From: Octopus vulgaris
Taxonomy: Eukaryota
Assembly: GCA_951406725.2 (NCBI GenBank)
Contig: OX597817.1
Location: forward strand, 40,548,001-40,612,000
Reading direction: 5' to 3'
DNA length: 64,000 bases
Below, in pieces: positions 1 to 12,000 of this stretch. Numbering within the stretch: the stretch's first letter is position 1; each line of letters begins with the position of its first letter. A program made the position numbers and the translations under genes. The notes beneath the pieces were generated by a model. It was not told the origin of the DNA, searched no databases, and saw only the letters and a program-made list of their open reading frames with translations.

Positions 1-1133
1 CAAGTCAGCAGCGCGGCCGGCTGAGCTGAAAGTGTAACTGCTAGAGTAAGAATAGCTTGGGCAAAGTTCAGAGAGCTCTTACCTCTGCTGGTGACAAAAG
101 GCCTCTCGCACAGAGTGAAAGGCAGACTGTATGATGCGTGTGTACGAACAGCCATGCCACATGGCAGTGAAACATGGGCCGTGACTGCTGAGGATATGCG
201 TAAGCTCGCAAGAAATGAAGCCAGTATGCTCTGATTGATGTGTAATGTCAGTACTCATACTCGGCAGAGTGTAAGTACCTTGAGAGAAAAGCTGGACCTA
301 AGAAGCATCAGTTGTGGTATGCAAGAGAGACGTTTGCGCTGGTATGGTCATGTGGCGAGAATGGATGAAGATAGTTGTGTGAAAAAGTGCCACACCCCAG
401 CGGTTGAGGGAACCTGTGGAAGAGGCAGACCCAGGAAAACCTGGGACGAGGTGGTGAAGCACGACCTTCGAACTTTAGGTCTCACTGAGGAAATGACTAG
501 AGACCGAGTCCTCTGGAAGTGTGCTGTGCGCGAGAAGACCCGGCAGGACAAGTGAGTCCATAACCCGTGGCCTTCTACATGGGATGGAGCCAGCCTACGT
601 ATGCATACCTTCCCTTCTTGGGACACAAAACTCTACTTGTGAAGACCTGTTGAGGCAAATGAGGATCAGAATCGAAATCGATCAATGGAAATTGCAGATG
701 TGTTACCAGTCCCGGTGGCATGTCGAAACTCTACTTGAGAAGACCCGTTGAGGCAAGTGAGGATCAGAATGGAAATTGCAGATGTGTTACCAGTGCCGGT
801 GGCATGTAAGAGAACCTTCCGTTTCGCGACCGTTGCCAGCACCGCCCCGTTTCGTGTCCGTTGCCAGCCTCGCCTGGCCCTCGTGTCGGTGGCACATAAA
901 AAGCACCATCCGTTCATGGCCGTTTGCCAGCTCTGTCTGGCACCTGTGCGGGTGGCACGTAAAAAGCACCCACTACACTCACGGAGTGGTTGGCGTTACG
1001 AAGGGCATCCAGCCGTAGAAACACTGCTAGATTTGACTGGGCCTGATGAAGCCTTCTGGCTTCACAGACCCCAGTAGAACCGTCCAACCCATGTTAGCAT
1101 GGAAAACGGACGCTAAACGATGATGATGATGAT
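1..1133 (+). mobile_element. RTE-clade LINE 3' end (ORF C-terminus, 3'UTR and (ATG)n tail)
   Basis: ARVRIAWAKFRELLPLL...GSETW...RRLRWYGHVARM...GRGRPRKTW; internal stop at 232-234, terminal stop at 553-555; tail gatgatgatgat at about 1120-1133. Confidence 0.92.
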
Positions 1134-1184
1134 ATACCTATAAAGTGCTAAATTTCATATTCTGTATTATGCATTCACACATTC

Positions 1185-1560
1185 ACTTGTTTCAGTCATT
1201 TGACTGTGGCCATGCTGGAGGACCACCTTTAGTTGAGCAAATCGACCCCAGGACTTAATCTTTGTAAGCCTAGTACTTATTCTATCAGTCTCTTTTGTTG
1301 AAGCACTAAGTTATGGGGATGTAAACACATCAGCATTGGTTGTCAAGCAATGCTGGGGGGACAAATACAGACACACATACATATATATATATAAATATAT
1401 ACGACGGGCTTCTTTCAGTTTCTGTCAACCAAATCCACTCACAAGGCTTTGTGGTTGGCCTGAGGCTATAGTAGAAGACGCATAAGGTGCCACGCAGTGG
1501 GACTGAACTCAGAACCATGTGGTTCGTAAGCAAGATACTTACTACACAGCCACTCCTATG
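1185..1560 (-). mobile_element. tRNA-derived SINE family A (octopus OK/OR-like); further copies at about 8226-8822(-), 18655-18925(-), 38638-39000(+), 46423-46836(-), 47125-47521(-), 58945-59360(-) and many fragments
   Basis: Head GGAGTGGCTGTGTGGTAAG...GGTTCAGTCCC (A/B-box-like), internal (TA/TG)n, tail GCATGGCCACAGTCAAATGACTGAAACAAGTAAAAGA; copies align with each other within the window. Confidence 0.88.
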
Positions 1561-1572
1561 CCTACATATATA

Positions 1573-1842
1573 ATATAATAAAATAAATAAATGCGCCCTT
1601 TTAAAGCCTAGCCAGGCTCATGGGCCCGATTTCCCGGTTTCAATGGCGTATGTGTTCCCCAGCTGGACAGGACGCCAGTCCATCGCAGCGTTACTCATTT
1701 TTGCCAGCTGAGTGGACTGGAGCAACGTGAAATGAAGTGTTTTGCTCAAGAACACAATGCGTCGCCCAGTCCAGGAATCGAAACCACAATCTTACGATCA
1801 TGATGCTGACACCCTAACCACTAAGCCATGCATCTCCACCCA
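1573..1842 (-). mobile_element. tRNA-derived SINE family C; other copies at 26116-26358(-), 36403-36640(-), 52724-53087(+, with insert), 11320-11598(-, old)
   Basis: Head GTGGCTTAGTGGTTAGGG...GTTTCGATTCC; body TGTTCTTGAGCAAAACACTT...GCGATGGACTGGCGTCC; 12-bp TSD CCTACATATATA at 1561-1572 and 1843-1854. Confidence 0.88.
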
Positions 1843-2369
1843 CCTACATATATACAAGATTAATAAAATATTACTTTATAGATAGTGCAAAAATGCGCAA
1901 AAATAAAAGGGAGTCCCTCAGAACCCCAATGGCCTTTTGTGTAATTCCAACCCCACCAGCCCATGAAGGGTTAAAGATGGTAGGTGGTAGGGTGTGAGGT
2001 GAGAGATTTTGCTGCTATTTCTAGCAAGTAAAGTTCTCCTTGTAGAAGTTGCCACATTGCAAAAGATGTATGCTGGTGTGGTAAGCTCAAGGTTCCTGAT
2101 GACATCACCATTAACCAACAGCACAATAAAACCTATAGAAATGATGATTCAAGCAGATTACATTGAAATAATTGTACAGTCTGTAAAATGGCTGGCATTA
2201 GGAAGGGCATCTAGCCACAGGAAGTGTGCTAAAGCTGACTTTGGAGCATTATGCAATCCTTGGACATGTTGGATCCTGTCAAACCATCCAATTGATGTCA
2301 GCATGGAAGATGAATATCAAAAGATGATGATGTACATCCAAACTTGACTTAAAGGTACTTGACACCTCT

Positions 2370-2471
2370 AGCTTGTTCAGCAGCATTGTTGGAAGGAAAA
2401 TCCATGGTGGTAGGATTAAGACCAAGCTGTCCTGAGATATACATAGTTTTATCAACCACTACAGCTTGGCT
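2370..2471 (-). pseudogene. RIDA: Captured fragment of a RidA (YjgF/YER057c/UK114) coding exon
   Basis: Translates to SQAVVVDKTMYISGQLGLNPTTMDFPSNNAAEQA, matching the RidA signature SQAVxVxxTxYxSGQxGxxP; lies inside a 312-bp insert flanked by 73-bp direct repeats (2297-2369, 2682-2754). Confidence 0.85.
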
Positions 2472-2958
2472 TCTCTTCATTGACGCAGACCTCTCCAGTG
2501 GTAACGCACCCTTCCACATGGCCTGACCCGAACACTAAAAATAGCAGCTGCTTTCCCTCACCTTGTTGAAGCACTCACACATCCAGCACTGTTGGCTACC
2601 CTGATCGTAAGGCCTGCGCACGTGTCACCGCTGCACCCTTCCTCTTCCAGTCAGCTCCCTAGCTGCTGACATCATCCCACAGTCAGCATGGAAGATGAAT
2701 ATCAAAAGATGATGATGTACATCCAGACTTGACTTAAAGTTACTTGACACCTCTCATGTTTTCTTAATGTGAGAGCAAAAAGGTAAACTTTGAGAAAGGA
2801 ATTAACAGATGTGATTGCATGATTGCAAAGAATGAGGTACAAACTAAATTAAAGACCTAGTCTTTTGTAGCATGACACTGCTAATGATAATAAGAAATGC
2901 AATAAACTATGTTCACATTACAATTCATTGTAGAGTTGTTCTTGTGAAACAGACTCAC

Positions 2959-3077
2959 CGGAATTAAACAATGGGTAAGATACTCTTTCTTTATAGTCAT
3001 TGTGAGATAAAGATCTTGAACGCTTCTCTTTAGCTGTTTGGGCTCTCAACTTTTGCAGCATTAGGAGAAGTATGTAT
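2959..3077 (-). CDS. Exon 16: [39 protein letters not shown]
   Basis: Acceptor cctttatctttattcag, donor CCG|gtgagt; 119 nt, phase 2 to 1; no further exon found, so the gene probably continues beyond the window start. Confidence 0.85.
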
Positions 3078-6000
3078 CTGAATAAAGATAAAGGAAATTA
3101 TTGTTATTTCAATAGCACAACAGTATTTGCAATGTACATATTTAGTCATCCGTATAGTTAATCAGGTTGTCCACAATGATTGTAGTAGCATTTTAGTCAA
3201 TGGTGTAGCAGCATTATAGTCGACTGCTACAAAGGTAATGGTGATACCTTAGACAGAGACAATTACAGAGGTATCAAATTGTTGGAGCAGGTGATGAAAG
3301 TTACGGAGGGAGTCATAGCCCAACTAATTAGCGAGAGAATTAGTGTAGATGAGATGCAGTTCGGACTTGTGCCAGGCTGGAGCATGACTGATGCTATATT
3401 CCTAGTTAGGCAACTGCAGGAGAAATATCTGGCCAAAAATAAACACCTGGCTTTTGTCAGCATGGAGAAAGCCTTTGACACAATCTCCCACTCCTTTATC
3501 TGGTGGTCAATGCAGAAGCTAGGGATAAATGAGTGGTTGGTGAGAGCTGCACAAGCCATGTACGGGGATGCTGTCAGAAAGATGAAGGTTAGCAATGAGT
3601 GTAGTGATGAATTTAGGGTGCAAGTAGGGCTTCACCAAGGATCAGTCCTCAGCTCCGTCTTGTTCATCATAGTCTTCCAGGCAATAACAGGAATTTAAGA
3701 TAGGCTGCCCCTGGGAGCTCCTCTGTGCTGATGACCTTGTTCTTATAGCTAAATCACTACCAGAACTAGAGAAGAAATTTCAGACAAGGAAGTAAGGTCT
3801 AGAATTGAAGGGCCTTAGAGTCAATCTAGCATAAAACCAAAATTTTAGTAAGTAGGAGACCAGACAAATCACAAAACCCTTCAGGTAGATAGCCCTGCTT
3901 CATCTGTAGAAAAGATGCAGTAGAAACTCCATAAGATGTATAAGATATGGATACATAAGAGATGCAGCAATATCAGGAATGTTAATAGGGAAAGTAGTTT
4001 TTGTGTGTGGAAGGTGCACAGGTACAATTAACACTGAAAATGCACAGAAAATAGATTCCATCAAATGCCAGGGGCAAAAACTAAAAGTAGTTGATAGCTT
4101 CTGTTATCTAGGTGACTAAGTCAATAGTGGGGGTGGATGCTCTGAGTGGGAAGCTGCTAGAATAAGAATAGGCTGGGCAAAGTTCAGAGAGTTCTTACCA
4201 CTGCTGGTATCAAAGTACCTCTCCCTCACAGTGCAAGACAGACTATATGATGCTCATGTGTGAACAGCCATGCTACACAGCAATGAAACATGGGCTGTAA
4301 CTACCGAGGACATGCCTAGGCTTCTAACAAATGAAGCTAGTATGCTTCACTGGATATGTAATGACAGTGTGCATGCACAACAGAGGGTAAGCATCCTGAG
4401 TGAAAAGTTGAGCATAAGAGGCATCAGATGTGGTGTGCAAGAGGACGACTGTGCTGGTATGGTCATGTGATGCAGTGAGCTGGCAGAATCGTTAGCATGC
4501 TGGGCGAAATTCTTAGTGGTATTTTGTCTGCCGTTACGTTCTGGGTTCAAATTCCGCCAAGGTCGACTTTGCCTTTCATCCTTTCGGGGTCGATTAAATA
4601 AGTACCAGTTACGCACTGGGGTCGATATAATTGACTTAATCCGTTTATTTGTCCTTGTTTATCCTCTCTGTGTTTAGCCCCTTGTGGGTAGTAAAGAAAT
4701 AGGTATGGTCATGTGATGCATATGGATAAAGACAACTGTGTGAAGAAGTGCTGCACTCTAATGGTGGAGGGAATCTGTAGAAGAGATAAACCCAGGAAGA
4801 CATGGGAGGAGGTGGCATGATCTTCAAATGTTGGGCCTTACAGCGGCAATGACAAGTGACTGAGACTTTTGGTGATATGCTGTGCTTAAAAAGACCTGTC
4901 AAACCAAGTGAGATCGCAGTTGTGGCCAAAGCCAGTGTCGCATAACTGACACGTAAAAAGCACCCCTCAAACGTTGGGCAATATGCTGTGCTTGGGAAGA
5001 CCTCTCAAGCCAAGTGAAATTGTAGTTTTGGCCAGTGCCAGTGCTGTTTGACTAGCACCTGTGCTGGTGGTATGTAAAAAAACATTGTTTGAGCATTGGG
5101 TCTCTCGGAGGCTGTTCCAGGTGATTGAGATCTTTGGCAATATACTGTGCTGTGAAGACCTGCCAAGGCAAGTGAGATTGTAGTTGTGGTCGATGCTGGT
5201 GCTGTGTCGGTGGCACATAAAAAGCACCAACTACACTCTTGGATTGATTGGGTTTAGGAAGGGCATTCGGCCATAGAAACCATGCCAAATCAGATTGGAA
5301 CTTGGTGCAGCTCCCCGGCTTACTGGTTTTCAGTCAAACTATCCAACCCATGCCAGCATGGAAAGCAGACGTTAAATAATGATGATGATGATGACATAAT
5401 ATCTATGTACAGAGATTTACTCACAAGGCTGAAGCCTATGGTAAATGTTACCCTTCCGAGATATTTTATGTAAGAGGGAGGAAAAAAAAAAAAAGAACTG
5501 GAATAATTTTATACTTGAACAAAGGAGAGTTTAACATAATTTCAGAGTGATCTTTCAAGAAATGCAAAGAAGAGAAGAAAGTTCCATGGAAGCAGTGTTT
5601 ATAATGAAAGGCACATAATGAAATGAATAATGGAAGCAGGGAAAGAAAATGGTGTTTTACTACCAAAAGAGTTTTTTTTTTAGCCAAGGAAGATAATATA
5701 CAAGCATGCAAATGTGTGTCTTATAGAGCCAAATAGAAATAAAATGTGATAGTATGTTCTACATATTCATAGGTATAAACCTATGCATATAGAAGTGTGT
5801 ATGTGTATGAGAACATGTGTGTACATGTTGTATGTGATGTGTTTTGATGGGTAAGTGGTGTGAATAAGGCATAAGGGTATGCATGTGTGATAGATGGATA
5901 GAGATTGTGAAAGAGTGTGGAGATAGACAGGAATGGAGAGCATTTTATTAGTGGTGAGGGGGTGTTAAAAGGTGGCAAAGGACAAGGCAATTCTTAATTT

Positions 6001-9000
6001 CATTTTGAGCTGTGTATATATAGAAAATTAATTGTTGTTTGCGATGCAAGAGGTGGTTGATCAATAGCTTAAAACACCACCAGAGACAGATGCAATAAGT
6101 TTTAGCCAGGAGGACAGAAGTGAGGAGTTAAAAGTTAAGTGATTCACTCTTCGTACATTGGATGTCTAAAAGGCACTTCCTAGAATAACTTTTCTGATTG
6201 GTTTCTTCAACATACAGAACCACAAGCAATTAATACAGTAATATTCTTGATGGTATGTGATAGAACAATTGGTGGGTTTAAGAGATAAGTGTTGTAGTAG
6301 GAGAAGGAGCAGAAAAAGTATTCAGGTTGAGAGTTACAAGGTGATGAAATAACTATGGACCAGAAGATCATGCTGATTGCAGCCACATCTGAAGGAAAGG
6401 TGAAAGTGCTCAGGGAAAATGTAGGAAGCAGCAGGGTCATATTGGAGGAGATAGAAGAATCATAGGTCGGTACATGAAGAGGTAAGGTTGCATGATGAAA
6501 GGTTGGAGAAAGGGAAGGCAATTTGTGGTTGGATGACTGAGATATGAGAACAGGAACAAACAACAGCACAAGCACAACAATGATTAGTATAACAACTGAT
6601 TGAGAGTAATCATGCTGAGTGAAATACAGTGATCCCTCGTTTATCGCGGTAAATTGGTTCCAAGACCGGCTGTGATAACTGAATTTCTGCGAAGTAGGGA
6701 CACCATATTTACAGTATTTATTTAACGTGTATTTGAACTTTTAAAACCCTCCCTGTACTGTTAACAATCTACAATAGTCTATTAATAACAAGGACAACTG
6801 TTAAGCAATAACACTTTAGATTTAAAAAAATAAAGATTGTTACTGTTACACAGGCCAGATTACAAAATAGAAAACTGTGATTTGTCGTCTCCATTGCACC
6901 AATCACAGCTCGTCTTAAGTTCAAATACCCCTGTATATGCTTTTGTGCTATTTTACACATGTTTTGTTGTTCCTAGACTAAAAAATAATACTTATTATTA
7001 ATATTTTAATGGATTTAATGAAAAATTTTAGGCATTCATATATATATATTTTTAAAATCTGTGAAGTCGTGAATCCGCGATGGTTGAACTGCAAAGTAGC
7101 AAGGGATCACTGTAGTGGTAATTTTTGTGTGCCTGGTTATCGAAATCAAAGCCACAGGTTCAGACAGAGCAAAGGGAAAGGAACTGTGAGATCAGTAAAT
7201 TAATCAGAACTGCTTGGCTCAAACAGTCCAAAGCATAAAAAAGAAAAAGGCATATAGTTTGGTGCATTGCAGGAACCTCTTCTATTTTAGTCCTGATTTG
7301 GAACTCATCGACAGATGGAGTAAAGTTTACATTATTCCAAATTAAGATGAGAATGTTCAGGCACCTTGTCAAAACATACAAAACCAGAAATATTGATTTC
7401 TTACATAAACACAAGTTTTCCCTAAAGGAATAAAGAGTTAATTGAATTAATACTAACTCACTACCGGTGCTAATTTTAACAACCTCAGAAACGTTTTAGT
7501 ATTCTGTTATAATTCAGTACATGGAGGATGCTTTATAGCAGTGGTTCTCAACTGGAGTCTAAATGGCCCCTGAGGGTCCATATTAGATTTTTGGGGGTCT
7601 ACACAACAAAATAGTAAATTGGGAATCCACAATAGTATTTCAAGGGCCTCAGTAAAAATTTTGCTCTAGGTGTATATATTGGTATGTATTGCAAGAAACG
7701 GCTAGGTTTCTTTCTCTAACATTTTACATAGTTCAACCTACACAAGTTAATGTGTAAAAAACAAAATAGGAATTTTGAAAGAAGTTTCTATAAAACTAGT
7801 TTTTAAACATCAAATGGCTTTTAGAGTCCACCAGAATGAAATAGTAATCAAAGAGGTCTATAGATAAAAAATGGCTGAAAACCCCTGCTTTATATGAATA
7901 AAAAAAAAAATCAACCCATGTATTTGACTGATACTTTCACCAAGATTTGAACTCAGGGCTGTAACTAATACCATAAAGTATTTAGCCTAATGTACTAGCA
8001 ATTTTGCCATTCTGTGAAAGTATCTGAACTAAGAACCAATTGAGATGAAACTAAATACTTACAATAAATTTAGTGTTTCTCAGCCACATTTTTAAGAGAC
8101 AACACAGTCGAGTGGATGGATGGGATGGAATAAATAACGTTCTTAAAGGATTCTTTCCAACATTTTAAAATTCAATTCACCCCCTGGCACTTAAATTGGT
8201 TTGAATTTGTGAACTTTTTTCTTTTTATTTCAGTCATTAGATTGTGACCATGCTGGGGCATCATCTTGAAGAATTTTTAGTCAAATGAATCAACCCTAGA
8301 GCTTTTTTTTAAAGCCTGGTACTTATTCTATCAGTCTCTTTTCCCAAACTGTTAAGTTATGAATAAGACATAAACAAACCAATACCTGTTAGTGGGGTGG
8401 GGGCAAACAAAGAAACAAAGACACACACATATGACAGGCTTCTTTCAATTTGTGTGTAACAAGGCAGCAAGCTGACAGAAACATTAGCACACCGGGTGAA
8501 ATATTTAGCAGTATTTCATCTGTCTTTACGTTCTGAGTTCAAACTCTGCCGAGGTCGACTTTGCCTTTCATCCTTTCGGGGTCAGTAAATTAAGTACCAG
8601 TTGCATACTAGAGTCGATCTAATCGACTGCCCCCACCTCTCCAAAAATTTCGGGCCTTGTGCCTAAAATAGAAAAGAATTTGTGTGTAACTAATCCACTC
8701 AGAAGGCTTTGGTTGCCTTGAGGCTAAAGTAGAAGACACTTGCCCAAGGTGCAATGCAGTGGAACTAAACCCAGAACCATGTGGTTGAAAAGCAGACTTT
8801 TTACCACACAGCCACACCTGTACTTTGCTTTTTTTAAAAATGATTTTTATGATTTTGCCCGGAGATAAAGGGCAGTGCCCAGGACTTTTTGCAAGACCTC
8901 TGAGACTTGGAGAGAAAAGGAGCAGAAGCCATGACCCATTGGTTATCATCAGATTGGAGACCTGGGCTGAATGCTTGCAATAAAGTGGACTCCACTAAAG

Positions 9001-12000
9001 ACACAAAAGTGCCAAATGGTGATGCTAAACAGGATGACAAAGTCTACCACCAAAGAACAGATGCAAGTGCCATCTGGTGGACTTTTTCACAGTTTCTATC
9101 AACTCAATTTCACTCAACTTGCTTTGCTACCATGTAGCTTCAGGTTCAGTCCTAATGCACAGCACCTTGGTGCGAGTGTTTTCTCCTACAGCCCCAGGCC
9201 TTGTGAGTGAATCTGGTTAAGAGGAAACTATGCGGAAGCCTATTGTGAATATGTATATGTGTGTGTGTGTCTTTGTTTATCCCCTTTCACCATTTGACAA
9301 CCAGTGTTGGTTTGTTTACATTCTCATAACAGTTGAGCAAAATAGACCAATAGAATAAGCAGCAGAGATAAATACAGGAGCTGATTTGTTCAATTAAACC
9401 TCTCGAGGTTGTGCCCCACCCCAGCATAGCTACAGTCCAGTTATTGAAACAAATAAAAGATAAACAGTATTTCAGGGGTGAAGAAATGGTCAGCATCACA
9501 TTCCTGTCTTTCAGAAAGGAATACAGTAGGTTGAATGAATTAGCTTCAACAACTGATAATTCAAGCAATCACAAAACGGTTAACATCATCATCATCATCG
9601 TTTAATGTCCATTTTCCATGCTAGCATGGGTTGGACGGTTCAACCGGGGTCTGGGAAGCCAGAAGGCTGCACCAGGCTCCAGTCTGATCTGGCAGTGTTT
9701 CTACAGCTGGATGCCCTTCCTAACGCCAACCACTCCGTGAGTGTAGTGGGTGCTTTTTACGTGCCAGGTGAGGCTGGCAACGGCCACGATCAGTTGGTGC
9801 TTTTTACGTGCCACCGGCACAGAAGCCAGTCAAGGCGGTGCTGGCATCGGCCACATTCGGATGATGTTTTTTATGTGCCACCGGCACAGGGACCACAACT
9901 ACAGTTTCCATTGATTTTTGATGTTGATGTACTTGACTCAATAGGTCTCCTCAAGGACAGGGTCGAAACAGTGTTTCTTTACTTGCCACCTGCACAGGAG
10001 TCAGTCCAGCGGCACTGGCAACTGCCAGGTGCCAGTCATAGGATCGGTTGACAAATATGGTAAAGCAATACTGCTGTATTTCTTTGCTTACTGTAGTAGA
10101 TAATTTGGTGAAAACAATCATTATTTACAAGGAATAATAATTTCGGATATTCAGGGATTTCTGAAATTATAATAATCTGAAAAAGAATTTACCTTTCAAT
10201 ATGTCTTTCAACCCAATCTTTGCCAAACTCAATAGTTTGACCACTTTCAAATAATATATGGCATGGAGTTTTCTCAGAACTGTGGCTAAACAAAGAAAAG
10301 TTTAGAATTGTTAAATTAAAAAAAAATAACTTGAACTCTGCAAAAAATATCAATTTTCATTATTTAAATTTGTGTATGTGTGTGTTTATTTATCTCTGCA
10401 TGTTTTTGCACCACAAGTGCTTTGTTAATGGGGACATTTATGCTTTATTCTTGCCATGAGAATGCAATATATTAACTCATTCAAAACCCATGTCATTACA
10501 TTCACCAGAATGTAATAATTTTTTTTTTAGATATTTATTTCTGTCCTCAAACCAAATAAATGTTATCTAATTTACAAGAAATCATATTAATCTTTATTAT
10601 AATTTTTCTCTGACTGTCATTCATTTAACTAACTCAAATAGTTATAGTTTTATTTGATAATCAAATGTAACTAACCATGAGAATTTTCTTGCAAAATGAG
10701 CCAAACGCATTTCAAATTCTGTTTTAAGATCCTGAAAATATCACACAAATAATTTCAATTTAGTCCTTAAGCATTGAGCTACTGATTAAAAGAGAAAAAA
10801 GAGTCAACTTTTAAGAAAACAATGTCTTGAAATTTTATCACTTGTATTATTTTCTTTATAGTCTGATACAGAAAAAACTGCTTTTCATGGTAACACCCAG
10901 TTACAGTTAACATACAGCCTAGAGAGAAATTTACAGATGTTACTATTAAGAATGTGATACAAATTAATCAAAAGACAACAATATTAAAGTTCAAAGGCAT
11001 ACAAACACTGTCAAATTTAGTATTTACTTCCACTACTACCCTTCTCCTTTACATCTCATAAAAGGCTGAGGATATTTAATGATATCCATATGTAATACTT
11101 CACTGAAGATAAGCAGTAAAAGTTTTAATCAAGACAATACACACTGAAACTTTCTTACTTCAGAATATCTGTGTCCAAATGATGGTTCTGTGAATGGGTA
11201 AAATTCCATACTCTCTCTATCAGTGTCATCGTGCAATTGATCTGATATATATGAGAAAAGAAAGGATATACAGTAGCCAATAAAATTAATTTTCTTAAAT
11301 ATGATGGCATCACTATATACATGACTTACTTGGGTCTGTCATGAGCCCAAGGATTTATAAGTATGGAGTTTAACCCAGCTTCTATGGGGTAAAAGTGAGA
11401 TTACAGCACTCCCTGCCTCTGAAAGGGACACTAGCCCACCAAAGGGTTAACTTCCTAACTATTGCTGGAACTCATTTACATGTGAATGGACTGAAGTGCT
11501 TTGCTCAAGAACACAATGCATTGATCAGTCTAGGAATTGGAACCCCAATGTTACGATTGTGGGAGCAACACTCAAACCCCTAGGCCATTCACCTTCACAT
11601 ATGGACATATACAAAATTTACATACATGCATGAGCTATCAAGAAAACTTTGACATGGTTACATGACTGACTAGAAATAACAGCCAAATCTCCCTCAAATA
11701 ACAATCTACTCTCTTAAAAAATGGGACACATTGGATAACTTATACCAGGGTATGTTATTCCAAGTTAAAGAAAGAAATGGAATTGTCATGGTGTGAATAT
11801 TTTTATTATAGATTTACTTGATCAGGGCCAGCTTGGAACTAAACAACTACAACAATATACAGCCATGTAGTTCATGTGTGTGTGTTTGTGTAAATGTTTC
11901 ACCTAGGTTTAACTTCTCACTGTTTGTGAATACTTCACCATGGTTAACAGTAAGCTCAACCTGCAAGAACCTTCTGTACCAAGTAACCCGGTACAGCATA

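Noticed and set aside
7160-7414. Minus-strand ORF as an additional phase-2 exon
   Set aside because: No convincing donor, and exon 15 joins exon 16 cleanly without it.
11040-11102. Possible exon [21 protein letters not shown]
   Set aside because: It begins with TGA in the required phase and has a weak donor; exon 10676-10731 fits the phases with better splice sites.
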